Shown piece after piece: positions 16,990 through 26,916 of a stretch of 50,285 nucleotides of DNA. Every line of letters begins with the position of its first letter. The first letter of the stretch is position 1. Made by a program: the position numbers and the translations under genes. The notes beneath the pieces were generated by a model. The model did no database searches. It was not told where the DNA came from and saw only the letters and a list, made by a program, of their open reading frames with translations. The stretch spans positions 1 through 50,285 of the forward strand of contig JBDSOU010000123.1 of NCBI GenBank assembly GCA_039914625.1, written 5' to 3'. The stretch is from Bacteroidia bacterium. GTDB lineage: Bacteria > Bacteroidota > Bacteroidia > AKYH767-A > OLB10.

Positions 16990-18417
16990 ATGCGTTTAAG
17001 GTTTCTTGCCATTATCTTTTTCGTGATGATGTATGCCTTATTTTTCATTTACAAAATCACGATGTATAGTTTATTTTATTACCAGCATGATATGTTCAGT
17101 GTAATAAGTTCAGGCTGCGGCTGGATTTACGGGCATCCGCTGTGGTGGGATAACAGGTATGGGGTAACTCCGGCAATTCATTTTTCATTTATTGCACCCC
17201 TGCTTTCGCCTTTTATTATTTTAATGGGAGGAAAAGGTTTGTTCCTTGTTCACGCTTTGATTTATTTCATGGCTTTCTATTGGGCGCTGCAAGGAAGCAG
17301 TGATCAAAACATTCTGAAAAAAAGAATAGCAGTGGTATTCGTTTTTTTTATAAGCCCTTATGCATTGTGGCTGTTTGACGATCCGTTTTTTGGTTGGCAC
17401 ATTGAATTGCTTTTTCTGCCTTTTTCTGTTTTTTTCGTTCTTGCTTTAATTTCAAAAAAAAGTTGGCTTGCAGTAGTGTGTGCCCTGCCTCTTGTTTTTA
17501 CAAAAGAAGATGGCTGTGTAATTGCCTGCTGCATTCATCTTCTTTATGCTTTATCCGAAAATACGCAGCAACAAATAAAATGGAAACAATTATTTAAAAT
17601 TACATCCGCCTGGCTGGTAGTTTTTATTATTTGCCTGTTCATTATAAAGTTTTTTAATGACTTTAAACCCACTCGCGTGGAAACCACATTCAACGAATTT
17701 TATCATGATGAGTCGTTGTTCAATGCAGCTTATTTCAGAAAAATTATATGGCAAATTCTGGTGATGCTTCTTCCTTTATTTTTAATAAGTTTTTTCATTC
17801 TTAACAATAATAATTTTTTTAAACTGATTTTATTCATCATTCCGGTTTTAATTATAGGAATTATTTCAGGTTTGTGGTATTCAGGAAATGCATACTTCAG
17901 CGTTTCATGGGTTCCCCGTTTCGTAGAAATAATGGGTTTGATGCTTGCCGGTATTTTTATTTTTTTGAATAAGCAACTTTACATAGAATCATTCAAAAAG
18001 AAAATTCCGACACAGATATTAGTAATAACCGTCATTATGCTTCAGGTCATTTCATTAAATATGGCCCGGGATTATAAATTGTTGACCGAAATAAGAAAAG
18101 CGTACGCAAATACTCTTTACTCAACTGTAACACCTGCTGATGCAGGAATTATAAGATGTATTGCAGCAAGAACACCGAATCATTTTAATGTGGCTGTTCC
18201 TTTTGAATATTTCAGTTTATTTGATAAGAACGACTTGACATGGTTTGATCATCCCGAAAATGCTCCGCAAAAAAATCCCGACCTGGTTATTCTTGAAGAT
18301 ACATCAAAGTTCGGTGAATACAAATTTGATTACGGAGATTATCAATCAGAGAAAAAAGGAAAGTTTTATATCCTGGTAAAAAAAGATCGATTGCTTTTAG
18401 ATAACCATTGCAATTGA
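16990..18417 (+). CDS. polytopic integral membrane protein (possible DUF2079/GT-C-like)
   Basis: There are ~10 hydrophobic segments followed by a ~110-aa soluble C-terminal region. I prefer the ATG at 16990 (MRLRFLAIIFF) over the TTG at 16939. The functional assignment is weak. Confidence 0.55.
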   Translation: MRLRFLAIIFFVMMYALFFIYKITMYSLFYYQHDMFSVISSGCGWIYGHPLWWDNRYGVTPAIHFSFIAPLLSPFIILMGGKGLFLVHALIYFMAFYWALQGSSDQNILKKRIAVVFVFFISPYALWLFDDPFFGWHIELLFLPFSVFFVLALISKKSWLAVVCALPLVFTKEDGCVIACCIHLLYALSENTQQQIKWKQLFKITSAWLVVFIICLFIIKFFNDFKPTRVETTFNEFYHDESLFNAAYFRKIIWQILVMLLPLFLISFFILNNNNFFKLILFIIPVLIIGIISGLWYSGNAYFSVSWVPRFVEIMGLMLAGIFIFLNKQLYIESFKKKIPTQILVITVIMLQVISLNMARDYKLLTEIRKAYANTLYSTVTPADAGIIRCIAARTPNHFNVAVPFEYFSLFDKNDLTWFDHPENAPQKNPDLVILEDTSKFGEYKFDYGDYQSEKKGKFYILVKKDRLLLDNHCN

Positions 18418-18458
18418 ATAACTAATTCGTAAATTCGTATAAATTCGTTATGCGTATA

Positions 18459-21305
18459 TTAATGTGCTTCCAGCCAGTTCATCCCGGATCCAACACTGAC
18501 ATCAATAGGGACTTTTAGAGGGAGAGCATGTTTCATTCTATCCTCAACGAGCTTTTTCACATCGCTAAGTTCATCTATAAAAACATCGAACACCAATTCA
18601 TCATGCACCTGCAAAAGCATTTTTGAACGCAGGTTCTTTTTTATTAAATCGTTATGAATATTAATCATTGCAATTTTAATCATATCGGCTGCAGAACCTT
18701 GTATAGGTGCATTGATAGCATTGCGTTCTGCAAAACCTCTGACAGTTGCATTGGCAGAATTAATATCGCGTAAATATCTTCTTCTTCCGAGAACCGTTTC
18801 TACATAACCATTCTTTCGGGCTTTCTCAATACTTTCATCCATATATTCTTTTATATCAGGATATTGTTTGAAATAATTTTCAATAATTCCCTTTGCTTCA
18901 GTGCGCGAAATGTTGAGCCTTTCTGCCAAACCGAATGCAGAGATGCCGTAAATGATCCCGAAATTTACCATTTTGGCATTGCGCCTCATGTCGCCTGTGA
19001 CATCTTTACTTTCCACACCATATACTTTTGCCGCAGTGGTTGCATGAATATCTTCACCGCTTTTAAAAGCAGCAATCATTCCTTTATCACCACTTAACTC
19101 TGCAATGATGCGTAATTCTATTTGTGAATAATCTGCAGATAGTAAAGTAAATTGTTCGTTGCGCGGAATAAATGCTTTTCGAATTTCTCTTCCGCGTTCA
19201 GTTCGGATAGGAATGTTTTGCAGGTTTGGATTATCGGAACTTAATCTTCCGGTTACAGCCACCACCTGGTTATATGAAGTATGGATTCTTCCGGTTCTCG
19301 GATTAACCATTAAAGGCAAGGAATCCACATAGGTATTTTTTAATTTTACTAATTCACGGTAATCAAGAATTTTTTTAATGATGGGATGTTTGCTTTCAAT
19401 TTTGCTCAGCACATCTTCAGCGGTGGAGTATTGCCCCGTTTTTGTTTTAGGAGGTTTGTCCATTATCTTCAGCACTTCAAATAAAATTTCTCCAACCTGC
19501 TTCGGAGAAGAAACATTAAATTTGGTTCCCGCGAGTTTCTGAATTTCATCTTCGACTACGACTATATCTTTTTCTAATGTTTTAGATAAATCATGTAATG
19601 CATCTTTATCTAATTTTACACCCTCCGCTTCCATAGTAGCAAGTACAGGTATCAGCGGAATTTCAACTTCATCAAAAAGCTTTTTTACTCCTGATTCGTT
19701 CAAAAGCGGTTCTAATTTTTCTTTTAGCTGCAATGTAATATCTGCATCTTCTGCCGCATATTCCGAAATTTTTTCCACCGGCACATCACGCATGCTTAGC
19801 TGATCTTTTCCTTTTTTACCAATGAGCGCTTCAATAGAAACTGGAGAATAGTTTAAATAATTTTCAGACATCACATCCATGTTGTGACGCATATCGGGTT
19901 GTATGAGAAAATGCGCAATCATGGTATCAAATAATTTTCCTTTGATTTCAATGTCGTACCATTTCATTACTGCCATATCATATTTTAGATTCTGCCCGAT
20001 CTTATCAATCTTTTCATCTTCGAGAACTTTCTTAAACTCGTTCACTATTTTATGCGCATCATCATAATTTGCAGGAATCGGAATATAGTACGCCTCGCGG
20101 GGAGCAAATGAAAACGACATTCCAACTAACTCTGCAAGATTTACATCCAGCCCGGTTGTCTCTGTATCAAAACAAATTTGTTTTTGTTTGTTTAATTCTG
20201 CAACTAATATTTTTATTTTTTCAGAAGTGTCAACAATATTATAGGTGTGTTGCACGGTTTCAATAGTAGAAAAGGTTTTCGGAGGTTCTTCGGTTATTGT
20301 TTCTTCTTCATCAGGATCAAAATTTCCAAACAATCCCTGTTGAGCAGATGTTGCCGGTTTTGGTTTTCCGTTAGAAGTGGGTGCAGAAAACAAATCTGCA
20401 TTCTGAATATTTTCATTTGATTTTCTTTCGCCTCCGAAAACCTGGTCTGCCAGCCTCCTGAATTCGAGCTCTGCAAAAAGTTCTTTCAATGCATCTTTAT
20501 TCGGTTCTTTTAACTCTAATTGTTTTTCGTCAAACACAACCGGAACATCAATAATTATTGTGGCTAATCTTTTTGACTGAAATGCAAGTTCCTTATTGTT
20601 CTCTACTTTTTCTCTCAGCTTTCCTTTCAGCTCCTCTGTGTGTTCGTAAAGATTTTCCATGCTTCCGAATTGTTTCACCAATGCAATAGCGGTCTTCTCC
20701 CCGACTCCAGGGATACCGGGAATATTGTCAACACTGTCACCCATCAATCCAAGAATGTCAATAACCTGATCAACGCGTTCAATATCCCATCGCTTGCACA
20801 CTTCTGCAATACCGAGAATTTCTGAATTACCTCCTCCCCGTGGCGGTTTAAAAATAAAAGTATGTTCATCCACGAGTTGACCGTAATCCTTATCAGGTGT
20901 CATCATGTAAGTGTCAAATCCTTTCTGCTCAGCTTGCTTTGCAAACGTTCCGATGATGTCATCAGCCTCATAACCGTCAGATGATATAACCGGGATGTTA
21001 AATGCCTCAACAAGTCTTATTACATAAGGAATTGCCATCGCAAGGTCTTCGGGAATTTCCTGGCGGTTGGCTTTATAATCACTAAATTCTACATGGCGAG
21101 AAGTTGGCGCTTCGGTGTCGAATACAACTGCAATGTGCGTAGGTTGCTGTTTTTTTAATACTTCCAGCAATGTAGTTGCAAATCCGAAAATTGCTGATGT
21201 GTTTTGTCCTTTAGAATTTATCCTGTGATTATTGCTAAATGCAAAATAGGCACGATAGATTAATGCCATTGCATCGAGAAGAAAAAGTTTTTTCGGTTGT
21301 GACAT
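18459..21305 (-). CDS. polA: DNA polymerase I
   Basis: 948 aa. The 5'-nuclease N-terminus is LFLLDAMALIYRAYFA. The 3'-5' exo motif is CFDTETTGLD. Pol motifs are A (LLSADYSQIELRIIA), B (RRNAKMVNFGIIYG) and C (LQVHDELVFD). Confidence 0.97.
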   Translation of the reverse strand: MSQPKKLFLLDAMALIYRAYFAFSNNHRINSKGQNTSAIFGFATTLLEVLKKQQPTHIAVVFDTEAPTSRHVEFSDYKANRQEIPEDLAMAIPYVIRLVEAFNIPVISSDGYEADDIIGTFAKQAEQKGFDTYMMTPDKDYGQLVDEHTFIFKPPRGGGNSEILGIAEVCKRWDIERVDQVIDILGLMGDSVDNIPGIPGVGEKTAIALVKQFGSMENLYEHTEELKGKLREKVENNKELAFQSKRLATIIIDVPVVFDEKQLELKEPNKDALKELFAELEFRRLADQVFGGERKSNENIQNADLFSAPTSNGKPKPATSAQQGLFGNFDPDEEETITEEPPKTFSTIETVQHTYNIVDTSEKIKILVAELNKQKQICFDTETTGLDVNLAELVGMSFSFAPREAYYIPIPANYDDAHKIVNEFKKVLEDEKIDKIGQNLKYDMAVMKWYDIEIKGKLFDTMIAHFLIQPDMRHNMDVMSENYLNYSPVSIEALIGKKGKDQLSMRDVPVEKISEYAAEDADITLQLKEKLEPLLNESGVKKLFDEVEIPLIPVLATMEAEGVKLDKDALHDLSKTLEKDIVVVEDEIQKLAGTKFNVSSPKQVGEILFEVLKIMDKPPKTKTGQYSTAEDVLSKIESKHPIIKKILDYRELVKLKNTYVDSLPLMVNPRTGRIHTSYNQVVAVTGRLSSDNPNLQNIPIRTERGREIRKAFIPRNEQFTLLSADYSQIELRIIAELSGDKGMIAAFKSGEDIHATTAAKVYGVESKDVTGDMRRNAKMVNFGIIYGISAFGLAERLNISRTEAKGIIENYFKQYPDIKEYMDESIEKARKNGYVETVLGRRRYLRDINSANATVRGFAERNAINAPIQGSAADMIKIAMINIHNDLIKKNLRSKMLLQVHDELVFDVFIDELSDVKKLVEDRMKHALPLKVPIDVSVGSGMNWLEAH

Positions 21306-21308
21306 AAT

Positions 21309-22457
21309 TTATTTTTTCAATTTGATTAATGCGTTTCTGATTTTTTCAATTGCAAATTTAATTTCTTCTTCGGTAGTAAATCTACCCAGGCTGAATCTGA
21401 TTGAAGAATGTGCAAGATCATTACTCAATCCCATTGCGTTTAAAACATGAGATGGGTTCATACTTGCAGAGGTGCATGCAGATCCGGTTGCAACAGCAAT
21501 ATCTTTTATTTCAGGAATTAAGGCGCTGCTGTCAATTCCTGCAAATGAAATATTTGTTGTGTTATGTAAACGGTTTCGTATGCTTCCGTTAATAAATGCA
21601 TTTCCTGCTTCCGTCAATGATTGTTCAAAGAATGTCCTTAGCTGTGAAATCCGTTCACTTTCTTCCCAAATTTTTTTTGAAGCCAGTTCACAGGCTTCAC
21701 CCAAACCAACAATTGCCGGGACATTTAATGTACCCGAACGAAATCCCCTCTCATGTCCCCCGCCATGAATAAGTGGTGCCGGTTTTACTCTCGGGTTTTT
21801 TCTCCTGATATATAAGGCACCAATTCCTTTAGGTCCGTAAAACTTATGGGCAGAAATGCACATCAGGTCAATTTGATTTTCGTTTATATCAATTCTCACT
21901 TTTCCGGCAGCCTGTGTTGCATCACAAAAAAAAATAATGTTTTTCTCTTTGCATATTTTTACTATTTCTGCAATTGGTTGAATCACTCCCGTTTCATTAT
22001 TGGCAAACATAACCGAAACTAAAATAGTTGATGGAGTTATTGAATCTTTAAGTTGATTTAAATCAATTAATCCTTCACGGTCAACATCAAGATAAGTAAT
22101 TGATGCTCCTTTTGTTTCAAGATATGCACAGGTATCAAGCACAGCTTTGTGCTCTGTTTTAACAGTGATGATTTGATTTCCTTTTGTTAAATAATTTTCA
22201 AAAATGCCCTTCAAACCAAAATTAATAGCCTCGGTTGATCCTGAAGTAAAGATGATTTCATTTTTTTCTGAATTAATAAAGGTTGCAATTTGCTCACGCG
22301 CATGTTCTACTGCTTCTTCCGCAATCCAACCGAATGAATGGTTTTTGCTTCCTGCATTGCCAAATTTCTCAGAAAAATAAGGAAGCATTTTTTCCAGCAC
22401 CAGCGGATCAACCGGAGTTGTGGAATTATAATCAAGATAAATTGGAAGCTTCAACAT
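21309..22457 (-). CDS. cysteine desulfurase, NifS/IscS family
   Basis: 382 aa. PLP-lysine motif SAHKFYGPKGIGALY. Active-site loop ATGSACTS. The N-terminus is LDYNSTTPVDP. Confidence 0.9.
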   Translation of the reverse strand: MLKLPIYLDYNSTTPVDPLVLEKMLPYFSEKFGNAGSKNHSFGWIAEEAVEHAREQIATFINSEKNEIIFTSGSTEAINFGLKGIFENYLTKGNQIITVKTEHKAVLDTCAYLETKGASITYLDVDREGLIDLNQLKDSITPSTILVSVMFANNETGVIQPIAEIVKICKEKNIIFFCDATQAAGKVRIDINENQIDLMCISAHKFYGPKGIGALYIRRKNPRVKPAPLIHGGGHERGFRSGTLNVPAIVGLGEACELASKKIWEESERISQLRTFFEQSLTEAGNAFINGSIRNRLHNTTNISFAGIDSSALIPEIKDIAVATGSACTSASMNPSHVLNAMGLSNDLAHSSIRFSLGRFTTEEEIKFAIEKIRNALIKLKK

Positions 22458-22525
22458 TGAAAAACTTTAATTATTAAACTTTACACATCAAACTTTAATT
22501 CTATTTTTGGTCTAAGATAAAAAAT

Positions 22526-23236
22526 ATGCACGACACGGGTTCACATCATCATCCGCACACTGAACAACATTTTACTCAATCGGATTTAATCAGGGACATA
22601 GTCATCGGTATGGCTGACGGGCTTACGGTTCCTTTTGCATTGGCAGCCGGTTTAAGCGGAGCCGTGGATTCTAATGCCATTATAATAACTGCAGGCATAG
22701 CCGAAATTGCCGCAGGTTCCATTGCTATGGGATTGGGTGGTTATCTTGCCGGAAGAACAGAAATTGAACATTATGATTCGGAATTAAAACGTGAATATTA
22801 TGAAGTAAAAAATTTTTATGAAAAAGAAAAAGAGGAAGTGCGGGAAGTGTTTGCACAATATGGTTTTTCTGTACCCACTCAAAAATTACTTGCTGATGAA
22901 CTTGCAAAAGACGAAAACAAATGGGTGGAATTTATGATGAAATATGAATTGGGTCTTGATAAACCGGACAGCAAACGTGCCAGACAAAGCGCTTTGAATA
23001 TTGGCCTGGCTTACATTGTTGGAGGAATTGTTCCATTGAGTGCCTATTTTTTTACTTCAACTCCGCATGATGGATTGTTGTATTCTTCGTTCATTACCAT
23101 TTTATGTCTTTTAACATTTGGTTACTTCAAATCAAAATTTACCGGGCAGCCTCCCGTTAGTGGGGCTTTAAAAACTACAGGGATAGGTGTGGTCGCTGCA
23201 ATTGCTGCGTATTCAATTGCGAAAATCTTTCAATAA
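22526..23236 (+). CDS. VIT1/CCC1-family iron/manganese transporter
   Basis: 236 aa. GMADGLTVPFALAAGLSGA is present, followed by a cytoplasmic acidic helical insert (YDSELKREYYEVKNFYEKEKEEV) and C-terminal TM helices. The architecture is typical of VIT-family proteins. Confidence 0.8.
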   Translation: MHDTGSHHHPHTEQHFTQSDLIRDIVIGMADGLTVPFALAAGLSGAVDSNAIIITAGIAEIAAGSIAMGLGGYLAGRTEIEHYDSELKREYYEVKNFYEKEKEEVREVFAQYGFSVPTQKLLADELAKDENKWVEFMMKYELGLDKPDSKRARQSALNIGLAYIVGGIVPLSAYFFTSTPHDGLLYSSFITILCLLTFGYFKSKFTGQPPVSGALKTTGIGVVAAIAAYSIAKIFQ

Positions 23237-23252
23237 ATTATTTTATCAATAG

Positions 23253-23282
23253 AAAGAGCTTCTGAAAATTCAAAAGCTCTTT
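23253..23282. terminator. bidirectional terminator-like hairpin between convergent genes
   Basis: aaagagctt-ctgaaaattca-aaagctcttt lies between the stop codons at 23236 (+) and 23310 (-). It is duplicated at 26334-26363. Confidence 0.5.
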
Positions 23283-23309
23283 ACTAACCTAACCCAAGAA
23301 ATATTTTTT

Positions 23310-26099
23310 TTATTTTAGGACCTGTATTTTTTTTCTGATAATACCTTTAGCGGATTCAATGGATATCATATAGACTCCGCTCGAAAGTTCTTCTGTAGAA
23401 ATCACATTGTTGCCCGGATAGACTAATGATGTTAATGTTAATTTTCCACTGAAATCATATAGCTTCACGAGGGAAGTACTTAACTCTTTTGACAGTTCCA
23501 TATTGAAATTATCTTTAGAAGGTGTGGGATAAATTTTTACAAGCAGTGATAATTCATTTCCGCTTTCTTCATACAAACTTATCTTTTCAGAATTCGTTTC
23601 CTCTGTTTCATTATCATCATTAAATGTAAAGCTTGAACTATTAATTCTTGATAATACGGAAGCAGGAATAGTAGTCTTGCTGATCCCGGGTCCGTTATAG
23701 CTGACCGTTAGAATTTCCTGACCGGCTGCTTCAAAATATTTTACAATTATTTTATGCTTGCCCGCTCTCAATGCGATCTGTCCGGAAGTTTCAGCGTTGG
23801 CATGCAATCCGTCATTATCAACAACCAATGCATTATCAATTGTCAGATTGCTTCCGTCATCAGAAGAAGTATAAAAAGTATAAATTCCGTCAGACGGTAC
23901 AGTAATATAACCCGAAAACCTGAATGCAAAATTGTCATTTTGTGTTCGTGGTGAAAGATCGAAGGCTAATTCATTTCCGGTTAATGCCGGTGTCAGTGTT
24001 GTAAAATCAGGAAGTAAAATCCATGCTCCTGTATAGAATTTATAATCAATTCCGCTTACAGTATTGGCCGGGGTGACCGCAGCGTGATATACTACGGAGA
24101 AATTCGCTGTGTAAGTCACATTGTTTACCGGAGTTGAAAAAGTTTTCGTTCTCTTTCCTCCTTGGGACCAACTAACATAATTATAATTAAGCGCATTGTT
24201 AATTGTAACAGAAGATGAAACACTTATCGTGCGAAGCATTCCTTCTACACCTATAAAAGTATAAGGAGTTGCAAAAGGCTGACCGTCTAATGTAACCTGT
24301 AAACCCTGTGGGTTGGTATTTAAAATAATAGTGGATGTTCTTGGTATAATATCACGGTAAGAAGAATCTTTTGCTCCTTGTGAATCTGTAACTATTAAAT
24401 AAAGACGGTAGAAAACATTTGGTGAAGTTTCACCGGAGTTGGGAATGGTAAACGAACCGCTGGTGACAGCAGAAGATACTGAAGGACCAGGATGTATATG
24501 AGTATTATGATGAAATTCCACCAGCCATTTATAAGCGCTTGCAGCAAGAGTTCCGTCTTCGGGATCGTTTGCGGAACCTGAAAAATTAATTATGCTACCA
24601 CCGGCATAAGTAGTGCCTGCTAAGGGAGTGTTGATGGAACCTGAAGGAGGTGAATTGGTAGTTGTAACAATTAGCGTTGCTGAATTACTGGTAATGTTTC
24701 CGGCAGTATTGCTGACATACACTGAATAATTTCCAGCGTGTGATAGCATTGCTGATGAAATAGAATAAATAGAATTTGTTGCTCCGCTAATATTAGTTCC
24801 GTTCTTTTTCCACTGATAACTAAAAGGAGAAGTGCCAGAAACCGAAACTGTGAATGAGGCGGCATTACCCTGTGAAACAGTAATGCTTTGCGGCTGCTGT
24901 GTAATTGAAGGAGCAGCAACATTATTATAAATAATTTTATAAAGTGCACTGTTATTTCTCGAAAGAAAATAAATATTGCCGTCTGTTCCGGTCGTTATAC
25001 CTACAGGAGAGCCGGGAATGCCCGTTGCAAAATTGGAACGTGACCATGTGCTTCCATTAAAAACAAGTTTGTCAATCCAATTGCCGCAATAATCAAGGAA
25101 AAAATAATTTCCTATATAGCCGGCAGGATAATTAGTGGATGAAGGGTTAAAAAATGCTCCGCCCGTAATGGCACATCCTAATGCGCTTCCGGTTCCGTGC
25201 TGATAACTATAAACAGGATTCGTAAAAGCTGGGTTCGAGCTAATTCCTTCTGCGGTGGGCCACCCAAAATTTAAATTTCCTGTACTTACCTCATCTATTT
25301 CTTCCCATGTACTTTGCCCTACATCATTCACAAATAATTTCCCTGTTCCGGGTTGAATTGCCAAAGTAAATGGATTGCGGAGACCATAACTCCAGAGCCT
25401 CATCTTTTGTGCTGACCCTGAAGTATAAGGATTCCCGGAAGGCACTGAGCCGTCCGAATTAATTCTAATGATTTTCCCGAGATAAGTGTCTAAATTCTGA
25501 GCATTTGCGGTATTAGCATTTTCTCCGATTCCAACATACAGTTTTCCATCAGCTCCAAAACTCATGGTTCCACCGTTGTGATTTGTTGCACTGCTCAATG
25601 GATCAAGGTTAAGTACTACAACTTCACTGCCGGGAACGACCACATCGCCATTTGCAACAAAACGACTGATACGATTATTTGCTCCAGAAGAAATTGTATA
25701 ATAAAGGTAGATAAAATTATTAGTTGTAAACGAGGGATCGAAAGCAATGCCAAGCAAGCCCCGCTCACCACTTGAATTTACGCTTAAAGAAATAAAGGGA
25801 GTTGCTAACAGGGTTCCGTTTTTTACAATACGGAGTTCCCCTGTTTGCTGAGCAACAAAAATTCTTCCGTCAGGAGCGACTCCCATCGTGGTCGGATTGG
25901 AAATACCTGCTGTAACCTGCACCTGGCTAAATGCTGCCGGAAACGTTTGAGCTTTCGAAATAAAGGATAATAATAAATAAACAAGAAGGCTGATTATAAA
26001 TACCTCGAAGCCTGCAGATGAGATAAAACTTTTTGACTGACGGTGAGCTGAAATTCCTTTGCTCAATCCTGATTGATTTAAAGAATAATTTTTGTTCAT
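23310..26099 (-). CDS. secreted PQQ-dependent sugar (glucose/sorbosone) dehydrogenase-like beta-propeller protein with Ig-like and PA14 domains and a T9SS CTD
   Basis: 929 aa. GSDH-family motifs are GLLGIAFDPSF, NHNGGTMSFGADGKLYV, YLGKIIRINSDGSVPSGNPY, WSYGLRNPF and NFGWP. An Ig-like module is present (SPFSYQWKKNGTNISGA...AGNYSVYVSN). PA14-like segments are FRFSGYITVPSDGIYTFYTSSDDGSNL and GKHKIIVKYFEAAGQEILTVSY. CTD: IYPTPSKDNFNMEL...GVYMISI. Confidence 0.85.
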   Translation of the reverse strand: MNKNYSLNQSGLSKGISAHRQSKSFISSAGFEVFIISLLVYLLLSFISKAQTFPAAFSQVQVTAGISNPTTMGVAPDGRIFVAQQTGELRIVKNGTLLATPFISLSVNSSGERGLLGIAFDPSFTTNNFIYLYYTISSGANNRISRFVANGDVVVPGSEVVVLNLDPLSSATNHNGGTMSFGADGKLYVGIGENANTANAQNLDTYLGKIIRINSDGSVPSGNPYTSGSAQKMRLWSYGLRNPFTLAIQPGTGKLFVNDVGQSTWEEIDEVSTGNLNFGWPTAEGISSNPAFTNPVYSYQHGTGSALGCAITGGAFFNPSSTNYPAGYIGNYFFLDYCGNWIDKLVFNGSTWSRSNFATGIPGSPVGITTGTDGNIYFLSRNNSALYKIIYNNVAAPSITQQPQSITVSQGNAASFTVSVSGTSPFSYQWKKNGTNISGATNSIYSISSAMLSHAGNYSVYVSNTAGNITSNSATLIVTTTNSPPSGSINTPLAGTTYAGGSIINFSGSANDPEDGTLAASAYKWLVEFHHNTHIHPGPSVSSAVTSGSFTIPNSGETSPNVFYRLYLIVTDSQGAKDSSYRDIIPRTSTIILNTNPQGLQVTLDGQPFATPYTFIGVEGMLRTISVSSSVTINNALNYNYVSWSQGGKRTKTFSTPVNNVTYTANFSVVYHAAVTPANTVSGIDYKFYTGAWILLPDFTTLTPALTGNELAFDLSPRTQNDNFAFRFSGYITVPSDGIYTFYTSSDDGSNLTIDNALVVDNDGLHANAETSGQIALRAGKHKIIVKYFEAAGQEILTVSYNGPGISKTTIPASVLSRINSSSFTFNDDNETEETNSEKISLYEESGNELSLLVKIYPTPSKDNFNMELSKELSTSLVKLYDFSGKLTLTSLVYPGNNVISTEELSSGVYMISIESAKGIIRKKIQVLK

Positions 26100-26217
26100 A
26101 ATTGGTTTTTTTATTAATTTAATTGGTTGAAAAGAATAAATAAGATATAAAAGATATATGCCATTAAGTAAAGGGGTTTTGATTTCTCAAAAGTAAATTT
26201 GTTAATTGTGTAAGTCG

Positions 26218-26264
26218 TTACACAATTCCGGATTTAAGTTACATGATTCAAAGATTTTCAATCG
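26218..26264 (-). promoter_or_regulatory. conserved 47-bp upstream motif, copy A
   Basis: ttacacaattccggatttaagttacatgattcaaagattttcaatcg aligns with 41193-41239 and 42735-42781. It lies 119-165 nt upstream of the start at 26099. Its left end forms a perfect palindrome, AATTGTGTAA-gtcg-TTACACAATT (26204-26227). Confidence 0.5.
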
Positions 26265-26433
26265 TTATTTTTTATTTATGGGATTAAAATTTAAAATCAG
26301 GGTTGCGTTATATAAAATGCACATAGAAAATAGAAAGAGCCTCTGAAAATTCAGAAGCTCTTTGCTAACCTAACCCAAGATTTTTTTTTCCTGATCCGCA
26401 TTTTTCTCAACGTTTCCTTTTTGGATTCGATCG

Positions 26434-26664
26434 TTAATGTGAAAATTTCATGTTAGCCGGATCAGATATTCCGCCTGTGAGCTGCACCTTGTCGAATGAT
26501 GCAGGGTAAGTTTGTCCTTCACTTATAAAAGAAAATAATAATAATCCCAAAAGGAATATTACATAAAACCAAATTTCAGTTGACGAAGTAAAAATTTTGA
26601 AATGGCGTTGCGTTGAATTTTCTTCCTTGGATTCATGGTGATTTACTAAATAGTTTTTGCTCAT
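26434..26664 (-). pseudogene. internally deleted paralogue of the 23310..26099 gene (N-terminal 72 codons retained)
   Basis: MSKNYLVNHH...FISEGQTYPASFDKVQLTGGISDPANM parallels MNKNYSLNQS...FISKAQTFPAAFSQVQVTAGISNPTTM. The 3' flank 26330-26380 duplicates 23249-23299 (terminator plus ctaacctaacccaaga). The 5' flank cataattggtt... is also shared. Confidence 0.75.
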
Positions 26665-26916
26665 AATTGGTTATTTTTTTAGATAATAAATAATTTAATC
26701 GGTTAAAATTTGTATGATTAAAAAGCTTCATACGGAAAAATAAAAGTTGGTTTTAATGCCTCAAAAGTAAAACATATAATTTAGTAAAACAAGTTTTACC
26801 ATGAAAAATATAATGTTCACCACGAAAAAATGGTTGTTCACCTATCATTTTCTAAAAACGAAACTTGAACAAAACGATAAGTCGTGATAACTGTAAGCTC
26901 TAAATTTAAAACTTAA

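Noticed and set aside
9967-23236. Ferritin, cysteine desulfurase and VIT1 forming an iron-homeostasis system
   Set aside because: The genes are separated by unrelated genes on different strands and share no motifs upstream. The co-occurrence is probably coincidental.
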